From Euglena gracilis (taxonomy: Eukaryota): DNA of 64,000 nt. Position 1 is the first letter of the stretch, and each line of letters begins with the position of its first letter. The notes below the pieces were generated by a model. The model did not search any database and had not been told where the DNA came from. It saw nothing but the letters and a program-made list of their open reading frames with translations. Positions 13,501 through 25,500 of the stretch are shown here, piece by piece. A program made the translations under genes and the position numbers. The stretch lies in the NCBI GenBank assembly GCA_039621445.1, contig CP154954.1, forward strand, positions 24,316,954-24,380,953, in the 5' to 3' direction.

Positions 13501-16500
13501 ATTTCGTCATTTTTGTGCATGAAATTGGGGTTTTTGGTAATTTTTCAGGGAAAAATTTCACCGTCCCCGGCGCTTCGCACCGTCAAGGGGGGTCTTATTT
13601 AGGGGGGGGGGGGTCTTATTTTTGGATTTTTGCTCGATCGGCCCAGGGGGGGTCTTATTTTTGGGGGGGGTCTTATTTTGGGGGGGGGGGCTTATTTTGG
13701 GGGGGGGTTTACCTCCCCTCCCCCCCCACGGCGCTTGGCCCCCCTCCTCCTTACATGCAAACTTGGCCTCCCTCAAGCTGGCCTTCGGCTTCTTGCACAT
13801 GCCCGCCACATTTTTTACCATGAAACCTGGCCCCCACAGGGGTGGCCCCCTGGCCTTTCCTTCAATCTGGGCCAAGCGCCCAGGGGTGGGTATGAGCCCC
13901 CATGAGCACGTGAGCATGCCGCATATGAGCGCCTGGGCACACCTCACGCCTACCACCAATGCCTGTCCCTAATCCGCGGTCTGCCCCCTCCCTCGCCCCG
14001 CCGGACCCCAACGCAGGGCAGAGCCACGTCCTCGTCGCCGGCCCCGCGGAGCCATCCCCCGCCTCCCTCGCCGCCGCCGCCCAGCTCGCCCACCAAACCC
14101 TGCAGGCCGGGGCGGCGGTGCTGATCCTCTGCGCGGCCCCTCAGCCAGGGGGGACGGCGGGGGCACCCGGCGCGGGGCCCCGGCCGAGAATGCCCCCGGC
14201 GGTGGTCTGTCCGCAGCGGGCCTCAAGCAGTGCGGGCGCTGTGGTGGCTTTGGCGCGGGGCGGGACGGACCGAACGGACAACCCGAGGGACCCTGCGATG
14301 GGGCCTTCCACGGGGCCAATACCCCCCTCCTTGTGATGTTGTGGTGGTTTCCCTTGGTTTTGTTTGTGACGCCTCGGTGGCCCCCAGCCCACACCCCTCC
14401 GGCAACCCTGCCCTCCTGTGGTTGGGTCACCAGCCCCCCTCAGAACAGAGCGCAGGTGGTGGCGGCCCATCTCCCCCCCGTTTTGTCTCGAGGCTTCGAT
14501 TCCTTCGTTAAACACGTCCTTTGCGCCAAAACTCGACCTCAATGGGTGGTGCAGTGGGTGGGGGGTCCGACCACAACACTCCTTCCCGTCGGGCCCCCAA
14601 CCCCTGGGCCCCCCCCGTGTGCACTGCGGCTGTTTTTTTCGGTGCGTTATCCCTTCTTTTTTTTGTCTCTGGCCCTTTTTGCCTGTGTGCGTTGGGGTGC
14701 CCCCCCCCCCCCTTCTTGTCTGTTTGTGGCCGACACTGACTTCGCCTCTAGCCCAGTTCGTGTGGTGAGTGGCCAGGGACCCCTGACCCCAGTGCCCGGC
14801 TGTTGCTCCCCCTGGCCAGGCATGCCCCCCCCCCCCCGCCCTTGCGGCCGCCCCTCTGCGGCCACCTCGCCGTGGCGGCGTACGCGGCGGTGCGGCGGCG
14901 GGCGGCGCCGGGGCTGCAGCCGTTCCGGGCGGGGCACGTGTTCGTCGGGGCGAACCCCTCCCTGCCCCTGCGCAAGGTTCGCCCCCCCCCCCCCCCGCCC
15001 CCCCCTGACGCTGGCCCCGCCCCCTCGCTTCAGCGGTGTGGTGTAGTGTGGGGCGGTGTCTGTTGGCACACGAGCCAGGCCCCTGGTGGGGGAGGGAACC
15101 CCTGCAGAGCTCCTGGCCACGCCAGTTGTTTTCTAAACTAATCCATGGCAGCACAGCTGTCATCCAGCCCTGACATCTTCTTTTCGACGTCGTTTGGCGG
15201 CTGGCCACCAGATGTTCTGAGGGCTGAAGTTGGGTCAACAATACCCCAACATGGTCCACGAATCGACGACTGGGCAATTTCTGTTTGAAATGTGTGCCTT
15301 TTCATTTGTGAAAACCCCAAAGGCTTCTATGGCACTCCGGAACTGCCGAGCTGACCTTTCTTTATTGGTGGGCAAGCATAGGGGTTGTGGTTCCTGTGCG
15401 ATAGTGTGCCTCCCACCTCCGGCTGTCCTTCAGGTCGCTGCGGAGTGCCAGCTGCTGGTGGCGGTCCCCGCTGCCTTCCAAGCCCACGCACCAACTTGCT
15501 CCCGGAGCAATGCAATGCGTGCAAGGCAGTCGTTTATGTTTTGGGGGGGGGGGGGGGGGAATTTGTGGGTTCTTCAAAGTTTCGGCCCACCGTATTCTTG
15601 GAGAACTGCAGCGGATGGAAACAAAGCTCATTTTAAATTTAAAGTTGGATATCTGTTCAATCTTTTTTTTGTTGGAAACTTTTTTTCACCCTCCAGCAAA
15701 GAGCGCAAAGATCCATCTGGGGTGAAGAATGACAACGGTGCTTTCAGTAATATCCTTCAAACCGTTTTGCACATTGTGTGTTTTTCATGGAAATTGGAAG
15801 AGGTCGAATGCGAGAATTTTGCTCTTTGAACCAATTTTTCTTGCTTCTAAGGTGTTTCGAATTTTTTTATGTCTTAATTTGGTTCTTTCGCCTTAGATTG
15901 TGTTCTTTTTTTAAAAAAAAAGAACGGTTGAACTCAAATCGGCGAATGCATCACCCGAAACCGCTGAAAGGGGCTCTGACCTCAATCACCCCCAAGTTTT
16001 TGAAATTGGTCACCCAGAGGGGGAGTTACCATCTGTATAAAACACGGGAATGGCCGAAGTCCACACCATCACTTCTTCCAAGATTTTTTAATACATTTGA
16101 AGGATGGTCACACTGTGGATAAACCCCCCCCCCCAAATAATAAACCCCCCCGGTTTATTATTTGGACACCCGAAGTCGGGGTCCAGGGGGGGGTTTATTA
16201 TTTGGGGGGGGTTTATTATTTGGGCAAAAATTTCGAAGTCAAAATTAGACCCGAAAACCCCTCCACAGGCTCCAATTGTCACTTTTTTGGCAGTTTTGGG
16301 CTTTTTTGTAAACTGGGTGCTTTTTTGGCATTTTTTTCTGCACCAATTTGATCCATTTTTGTGATTTTTTGCAACATTTCTGCTAATTTTTGGCTCTTTT
16401 TTCCTTTGCCCTCACACCTGCCAGAGGGGGGGGTTTATTATTTGGGCGGCCGAAGTCGGTCCTCAGGGGGGGGTTTATTATTTGGGGGGGGTTTATTATT

Positions 16501-19500
16501 TGGGGGGGGTTTATTATTTGGGGGGGGGTTTACTCTTTTTTCCCACCCGACCTTCCGCACACCGTTTCGGCGGAGGCCCTGGCGTCTCAGGCCGACCCCT
16601 CCCCCGTTGGTGGGTGCCCGCCGCCCTCTCCCCCAAGCCCCGGCAGCCCTACGCGGCAGTCATCCTCCTCGGGGCGGGGCTGCAGCCCCACGAGTACAGC
16701 AAGGCCGCCCAGCCCGACAGCCAGGCCCCCACCGCCCCCGCCAGGCGAGGCTCAATATGAAATTTTGCATTCAACGGCGAGAACTTCGGCGACCGGAAAC
16801 TGGAGGTAGGAGCCCCCCCCCCAGTTTTGGAAGGGTCCCCCCACCCCCCCCCTCCGAGATTCCCACACAAGCCAGGGGGCCAAGGCGGGAAGTGGGTGTC
16901 TCAATGTCGAGCCCCTGGCGCGTCCCTCGGGTGCCCGGGGCGGGCTCTCACCGAAGTCATTGGGACTGGACCACATCATGGGATGTCCTGTCCGGGGCTG
17001 CTCGGGGTTGGGGGGGGGCAGATGTTTCAGTGGCCCAGGCTGGCCCCCGGGGCCCTGCCGCCGCCCGGTACATGGTCGCCACCGCCGCCCCCGAGGGCGT
17101 GCCCATGCTGCAGCCCTGCCAGGCCCTGAAGGGTCTCCAGCAGGTGGCCCCACCCTGGAATGCTACACCCGCCCCCAATTGGACGGATAGCCCCCCCTCC
17201 AAGACAGGGAGTTTCTCAAGCTGGAGGGACCTAGCCTAGAGGTGCCAACCAACACCTTTTTTTCCCGCCGGCAGTTCCCAGCCAGCCTGCGGAACCCCCC
17301 AGCCCAGGGTCTGCTGCAATCAAGTTGTGGCCGGCGTGGAACAGCTGGGCTGAGCCAAAAAATTTCGTCCCCCCCCCCGGTCACCTCTTAAAAAAAACTA
17401 CTGAGGTACAACAGCACTGTCAGAGATCAGTCAGATATGCTCCTTTGACCACACGCAACTACCCTCTTTCCAGAGCGGTCTGCCTTGGTGCTGGTTGGGC
17501 AGTTATCAACGTGTGATCATGAAACCATTCGAACGTCTTTACGGTTCATTTTAACGTCAAAATTGACTGGAAAACCTTTTTTATATTTGAGTATATTTTT
17601 TTTTGCATTTATTACATTTGTTTATATTCACGTGTATTTTTATTATCATTATAATTGAGGCTGATTTTCATCTGATGCATTTGAAATGGCGTATCTTGAA
17701 ATGGAAATCGTTGACCAAGACTTATTGAGTCCGTTTTGATGGTAGGTTTGTAAGTGTGGAGTGTGTCAGACCATTGCTGAAGGGTTTGATTCCCCCCCCC
17801 CCACCGGGGGGGGCTCGATCCAAATTGGCCAGTGGAAATCCTAGTGGACCCCCTGGGTGTTCCGGTAGCAGGCTGACCAGTGGCAGTGACTGGCATGAAG
17901 CGCCGAATTTTTTTTTCCTGGAACCCCAAGACTTGCCCCCCAAAATGCCCGTTTTTGACCATTTTGGGATTTTATTTTTCCAAAATCAGCCAAAATACAT
18001 CGACCTCCTTTCCACCTCGTCGCGCAGCGCCGGAGTATTTTTTTTTTCCAGTTGGGGGACCAGGCTTCTTTTTACAAGTGTGGCTAAAAATTACGGAAGA
18101 CAAAAATTGCAGCAAAAAAAGTCCGAAAGTCAGAAGATCCCCATCCCCCTCCTGGGTGGAGGGGGATGGGTAGTTGGGTCTGCGGCCGGCCCCTCCGGGG
18201 GAGTCCCGGCTGGAGGCCTGGGTATGGGTTTCGGCACAAAACCAAAAGTTTTCTAGGAAATGCCCTCAGATGGCCTGATTTTGGGGGGGGGGCGCACCAG
18301 GCTGGGTGGAGGGGACCACCCCTCCCCCTGGGGGGTCTTAAAAGAAGCACGGGGAACCCCTGGTAGTGACTAGTCCCCCCCCAGGTCCTTGAGCAATGGC
18401 CCGATGTACGTGGCACAAGAAGAGGTGTATAAAAAGGCGAAAGGGTCCTTTTTGCTGGAACAGTTTGATGAGCATGAGCAGGCTATTTTCATTTTCATTT
18501 TTTTTGAAGAAAAAACCGGTGAGTTTACAATGCCCACCAACTTTTTCGGTGCACGTGCGTTCTTGTCCTTCTGTTTTATCACCTTTTCATCTGGGGCATG
18601 GAATTTCTTCAGGACCCTGGGGAAGGTGCAGGGCAGTACGGGAATCGGCCAAACAGCCTGGGTGGTGGGAGGGGGAGGTCGACCCCCATTTTTCGACCCC
18701 CAAGAAATTTTCCTGCCGCCTTCGGTGCCCGGAAAAATTGTGAAACAAATCTGCGAAAATGCTGTGGGTGGGTGGGGGGGGGTCGAACACCCCACCAGGC
18801 TTTTCCTGTACAGCTCTGGGCAGGGGTTTCCAGCCGGTCGGAAAAAGGTGCCGGCTGGAAGGGGATGCAGTCCAGTAAGCTTCCGGGCTGCACCCAGCGG
18901 GTATCCAAAAATTGGCAGAACAGCCCAAATTCAGTTGGGTTGGGATGTTTGAGCCATTGTTTTCAGGCAAACTCCAAATCCTCAAACACCCCCCCCCCCT
19001 TTTTCACCACTTTTGACACCCTTTTTGAATAGTTTTGGCACTTTGGGCAGAAAATCATTTCCCTCACCTCTGGGTCAAAAACCTCATTGGTGATGGGCTG
19101 TGGGGGCAGTCTCAGGGAGATTGGGGGGTAGTTTTGGGTAGGGGGAATGTGTGATTGGGGGTGCAGTTGCTTCCTAAATAAATACAATTTTTGGATGAGC
19201 GCTGGGATGAGCGTTGGGATGAGTTTTGGATGATCCCTCCCCACCCCGCAGGAACCGGCCGAGGACGACCCCAGTTCCCCAGCGCCGCTGTACGACCAGT
19301 GCGATGACTACCTGACCCACCTGCTGCTGCAGACCTTGCACCCCGGCCGGGCAGCAGAGCATATCCTGAAGGTGTGTGTGTGTGTGTGTGTGCGTGTGTG
19401 TGTGTGTCTGTGTGTGTGTGCGTGCGTGCGTGTGTGTATGTGTGTGTGTGTACGTGTGTGTACGTGTGTGTGTGTGTACATGTGTGTATGTGTGTGTATG

Positions 19501-22500
19501 TGTGTGTGTGCGTGTGTGTACGTGTGTGTGTGTACGTGTTTGTGTGTGTGTACGTGTCTGTGTGTGTACGTGTGTGTACGTGTGTGTGTGTGTGTGTACG
19601 TGTGTGTATGTGTACGTGTGTGTATGTGTGTGTGCGTGTGTGTACGTGTGTGTGTGTACGTGTGTGTGTGTGTGTGTGCTTGTGTGTACGTGTCTGTGTG
19701 TGTACGTGTGTGTACGTGTTTGTGTGTGTGTGTGTGTGTGTAAGTGCGCCTGTGTATGTGTGCGCCTGCTTCATGTTTGCGTGTGTGTAGGGCCACGTTT
19801 CAGGTCCCGGAAAATTTGATATCCTGACTGTTTGGTTGCCTGAGGCTCCGCGGAGCCTCCATACCTGGTTGGTCACCTGAGGTTCCACAGAGGTTCCGCA
19901 GAGCCTCCTCCTGGTAACCAATTTTTTTTTGTCAACCACCGTTTGTTTTTTTTGGAAATAATCAGAAAATGGAGATACTTTGAAGGAGTAGGGCTGGGGT
20001 TGAGATTCCACACAGTTGAACCTTTCCCGTTGATATATTCGGTCGTCATATGCCTTTCCGCGGTGCTCAGCAAACGCAAAGAGTCGTCCTCTTAAAACAG
20101 GGAGGCCGAGTGAGGGTTCCCGTCTGTGTCTTATCCAAGTTGGGGTCGGTGGTACCCTGTACGAGCAATTTTTTCATAGTCCCAAATTGTCACGAGAGAA
20201 GAGCGACAATTTTATCGGAAAAAGCTGAGCTTTAGGAGTCCGCCGCGGAGCCTGATTGCCTGGAGGCTCCCCAGCGCCTCCGCAGAGGTTTCCAAATTAT
20301 TCGCAAGGCACAATTCCACCCTGCAGGAGAGCCCCCCCCCCCCCTGGATTGCTGCGGTGCGGCTGTCTTCCGGCCTTTCCGTTCACGATGGGCGGAGGAG
20401 CCGGTCGCCCCCCCCCCCTCCCCAGGCCATCCCGCCGCTCAGCCAGCCGCAGGTGCGGCAGTCCGTGCGGTGCGTCGTGGAGGCGATGGATCCCGATGGC
20501 CGGGGCCCCCTCCCCTCCCCATCAATCCACCTCCCCCACGGCAGGGTTGGATGGGAAGCCCTTCGGGATTGAGGTAGGTGGTGGGGGGGGGGTCCCGACC
20601 CCCCCCCCCCCCCCTGGGGGGTAAGGTGGTAGGGGGGGGGTCGCTGAGCTCTTATCCCTTTATGGGTAAGAGCGAAGCTTACCACCGGCGAAACCTCCCC
20701 TCGACCCCCCTCAAGGCTTCCCATCAGTCCCCCCCCCCCGGGGGCCGGGGTTTGGAGTTGTGCTGCCCCAAGGCCGGGCCTTGCCGCGGGCCCTTCGGTG
20801 TGGCCAAGGCTGGGAGAGGGCTCTGTTCCGACGTGGAGAACGGGGCCCATGCGTTGGCACTACGCAGCGGTCGACCTTTTCCGCACACTTCTGTCTTAGG
20901 GCAAAAAGCAACGACGTTCGAAGCGGCGTAAGCCTTGTGAGGGGAGACCACCCAAAGGGGCCGGGGAGGGCCGGTGAACATTCCCCTGGTGTCCATTGCT
21001 AGAAATAGAAACATTTGGGGGAGGTACCTTTGGATTTGACCCAGGCCCCAAATACCAGTGTTTTGGTTGCTGAAAGGGCAAAGGATTTCATCTGATGCAG
21101 TGAACTGCGCGGATTTTGATTTATATTAATGTTTCGCGTGTCAAAATCAGAAGCCTGTCTTTCCCTTTTTGGCTTCGGCAATCCGGAAATTTATGAATTG
21201 ACGTTGCGTGACACTGGGTGTTGCCATGTTGTTTTTTTCGGTCTTAATTCTGCATGTTTTCTTTTTCTAGATCGGCCCTGGGGGGAGAAAACTCTTGTCG
21301 GGGGGTTCGTGGGGCAGGCCCCGGATGATCGAGCAGCGTCCGTTGCTGCCACCGCCCAGTCCCAGGGCAGCCCCCCCCTTCCCCGAGGGGCAGGGCAGAA
21401 TGGGAATCGGCCAAACAGCCAGGGTGGTGGGTGGGGGGGGTCTCTGCGTCGACCCCTCCCCCCACCACCTCTTCCCATATTTATGGGAGCACCAATCTTT
21501 GGACCCCAAAACTTTTTCCCGGCGCTTTCGGCACCAGGTGCATTTTGGACCCATTTTGGCACCAAAATGTGGTCCAGTTTCTTTGACCTTCGTTTTTTTA
21601 CCCCCCTCCTAAAACTGCCAATTTTTTTGAACCTGAAACCTGAGTTCTTTTGTGCAAAAAATGTGGTTCTCCATCAAAAACCATGTATTTTATGTTCGTT
21701 TTTCAAAAAAAAATCAAAATTTCCCCCGGCCAAAACCCTCATTTCCCCAAAATTGGTGAAAACGCTGTGGTGGGTGGGCGGGGTCGACCCCCCACCTCCC
21801 AGGTGGGGGGGGGGGGGTGCACCCCCCCCCCCCCCAGGCCTTCCTGTGCTGCCCTGCCGAGGGGCCACTGCCCAGCCGGCGGGTCGGGCGCTGCCGCCAT
21901 CGCTGCTGGTCAGCCTCTGCAGCGCGGCGCCGAAGCCCAAGTTCGGGAAGTGCTCCGCCGTCGTGATGGGCGTCGCCCAGAGGTTTTTTTTTTTAGTCGT
22001 GGACCCCCGGGGGGGGAGGGGGGGTGAGGTGGGTGAGCCCGGCCGAGCCCCCCCCCCCCCGGGGGCCACCCCCCAGGGGGGAGTGGGATTTGCTTTTCGG
22101 CGCCGAAGGCGCCGAACATTTTTATTGAAAAGGTGCTATTTTTAGAATTTTTCGCGATTTTTGAGTAGGTCCCCCGGGACCCCCCCCAGGGGGTGGGTGG
22201 GGGGACCCCCCCGGGTCTTAAAAAAAAGCCCCTGGCGTTGCCACGGCGCTGCGGTCGGCGCTGCAGGCGCACCCCGTCCTGCCCGGGCGGCCCCCCCGCA
22301 AGGTGTGGGCCGCGGAGGGGGGGCGGTGGCGGTGCTCAACGATGTCGCCCACCCCTCGCCATTGGCTCTTGTTTGAGCCTGGCTTGACTGTCCACTATTT
22401 ATTTATATGTATTTTTAATTTGTTTTACAAATGCCTTGACTCGAATATCTTGAATACCTTTCACAATTTAAATTTTGATTTTGTTTTTTATTATTTTATT

Positions 22501-25500
22501 GTTTTGTTTTTGTATCGAAAAGCCTTTCATTTAATATTAAGTCCCCAAATACAGAATCGAATAGCATTCCATTGCTGTCAGTTCCTCATTTTGAGGTACA
22601 GTAGCCTGACACATTAAATGGGCGGCTAATTAATGCCACTGACAAGCACACCGGATTCGTGCTGGTGGCAGGGTAAACGGTAAGTGGCCGTCTGTCTCCC
22701 ACCACTGTCACACCGAACCCCGAACCCCCCCCCACCCAAGGAGAGGGCTTTCCCTCGCACCCCACAGGAGAGGGGACCTTTCTTGAAAAGAATTCCCGCT
22801 ACCATCGTCTTTAAATGAAGCAACAAAGAAAAAATACTAAAATAAAACAATAAAAACAATTTAATGAATTGATTAAATAAATTAATCATCGATAAAGAAA
22901 TTACACTCATATATTATTATAATAATAAATAATAACTTAATAGCAATAAAAGGGGAGCACTCTCAAGATCCTACCCCCACTTCAACATCCGCTCTGAATT
23001 CCAAGCAACGGGGTTCAGCGTGTGTCAACCCCCCCCCCCCCTCGCAGGGGCGGTGGTACTTCCACGCCGCGGTGGCCCATGCCCACCCCCACGTGGAGCC
23101 GGAGGTGATGGACGACATCGCCCAGGCCCTGGACGTCCGGTGGCTCGTGAAGCCGCCGGTGCGGGAGCCCATCCTGGTCAAGTGTGCTCCCTCCCCCCCC
23201 CCACTGGCACACACCCGGATTTGCTTTTTTTTGAATTCCCCATTTCTCCCCCTTTTTGGCAACTCCTTCTTTTCCCGTCTTTTCCGTTCTTTATATCTTA
23301 CCTCCCCCCCCCTTGTCGTTGACACGGCGTGTCGTTGACACACCCGTGTCAACGACACTTTCCTGGAACATATTTTTTCTTTTGTGTTGGCCACAGTTTC
23401 TGACAAATTTCAGCCAGGACATTTCAAAAATGGGTTGAATCTTCTTTCCAGCCATGGCTTCGAATGTCATCCCCATTCGCACCGGACACAGTGTGGCGGA
23501 CATGCATTCATAGGGTCATTCATTGTTACTGGTGCGGTCGATTTTTTTTTAGGTACTGTGTCGTTGACACGGCGTGTCGTTGACACACCCCCCCGTGTCA
23601 ACGACACTTTCCTGGAACATTGGCGTGTCAACGACAAGGGGGGGGGGAGGTACCCCTCCGCCCTCCTCCAGCACAGCGTCGTACTCAGCGTCGGCACCAG
23701 GGTTTTTTTTTTTAGTCTTGCACCCCGGGGAGGGGGGGGGGGGCGGGGTGGGTGGGTCTGGCCGAGCCCCCCCCGAGGGGTGGTCTCCCCAGGGGAGTGG
23801 GATATACTTTTTTGATTTTTTTGAAAAAGTCCCATTTTTAGCACTTTTCGCGATACTTTGGCCATTTTTGGGGAAAGGTGAGTGGGTCCCCCGCCCCCCC
23901 TGGGGTGGCCCCCAGGGGGTGGGTGGGTGGGTGAGGGGGACCCCCCTCCCCCTCGGTCTAAAAAAAAACCCCCTGGTCGGCACAGTGTCGTTGAATGCAC
24001 AGCATTTTTCGTTGCACGCACCCCATGCCAGTGTGCCAATGCCACTTTTCCGGACGTCACCCATTTCCCATTCAAGCACCACCAGCGGCACCCTCCTGCA
24101 CCTGTCCCTGCCGTTTTGGACCGGGGGGCGTGTCACGTTTCTCGCGCCCCGTTTCTTTCCCACCCCGGCCCCGCTGCCTCCGCCTCGCCTTCCGTTGCTT
24201 CACCGCCCCACACAGGTACGGGCACCACGCGGACCTGTACGAGTGCGTCCACGCGGTGCTGCAGCACGCCCTGCGCTACCTCAGCGTCGGGGGCCACCCC
24301 AAGGACCGGGACGCGGGGGCCCGGGACCCGCTCGGCGGGCGGTCCTGCGGGGCAGGTGGTCGTCGGGTCCGCCGCTGCCTGTTGGGCGTGATGGGTGGGC
24401 TCCCGCCACACATCTGCTGTTCGGCATCCTCTCACCAAACGCCACACTCACCAAACGCCAGGAAGGCTGGTGGGTATGGCATGCGGTCAGCAGGAGAGGG
24501 GCGGGGCACAAACACTATTTCCTCTAGCGTTTCTATATTTGTTTTTTTGTGTGTGTTTTTTTTGCCAATTTACAATTTTTTGTGAATTTTTCAAATTTGC
24601 AAATTTTTTGAGTCTTTTTTTTTGGAGGGTCCCCCCTGTGGAGCAGGAGGGGGATGTTGGACTGAGCTTCTAACCAACACGACTGCTGGTGTACACTGTG
24701 TCCGGAGGGGCAGGGGGACGAGGGGCTCCCGCCAGAGACCTGCACAATGGACAGACCAGCGCACTGCTGGAGCAGCTGTGCTGGCCGGAGCTGCTGGCCC
24801 CGCTGCTGGGGCCGCACAAGAACCTGCTGAAGCAGGAGGCGAGGTGTTGCCGCCCCGAGCCCCCCCCCACCCCCACCGGCCCTTGACGTTGGAACACTGC
24901 GCTTGAAGTGGAGCCCCACCCCGGAGATGCTTCTCTTCACTGCTGCAAGTAACACTCGGAGTGAGAGGCATTCCATTGCTTCAATTTTTTTTTTGAAAGT
25001 GGAAGTGATTTCCTCACCCCTGGGGTCAGAATGCAATGGTGTGGTCAGGGGTGTACACCAATCTGCTTGTTTTGGGCATTGTTTGCACTTGCAAAAAAGT
25101 GTGCATATTGATGTGCTTGATATTTGTTTGACTACTTCTGCTTGTGTAAATGTGTGAAACATGTTTTTCGACGTGTGTGCCGCTGGTCCTGAGTTTTGAG
25201 CTGAGGGTTGAGGCTTGCTTCCCACCAAACGGCCACCATGCATTTCTGTTGGTATGGGTTGGCTTCCTGGGTGGCTTCGTCCTGCAGTCCATTTTGGTTG
25301 GATATCTCTCTTTACTCCCTCAGCGTGTACTACCCGCAGTGCTCGCGGACTGGGGACAAATTCAACGATGGCACATTGCGTGTCTTCGCCTCGTACTGGC
25401 GAGCGCGACAAATCCCCAACTGCCTGTGCATGTTCCCACTCCGTTCTGAGTCCGAAATGGTCACAGGGGTACCTTCTTGCTCTCAGTTTTACCCCATATC

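Noticed and set aside
14141-15277. 378-aa minus-strand ORF
   Set aside because: It is the antisense shadow of GC-rich plus-strand exons and repeats.
14017-17143. Active DEAD-box helicase or Dicer
   Set aside because: No GKT or DExD/H, and no HELICc, PAZ or RNase III motifs are visible.
19112-20011. 299-aa His/Thr-rich ORF and overlapping Cys/Val ORFs
   Set aside because: They are translations of the TG microsatellite. The same applies at 28989-29566 and 51476-51925.
21129-22145. 338-aa ORF as a single-exon gene
   Set aside because: It reads through two MITEs. Only short parts are exons of gene 1.
23301-23650. CRISPR-like array of palindromic repeats
   Set aside because: Irregular spacing, mixed orientation and TA-flanked TIRs indicate a MITE.
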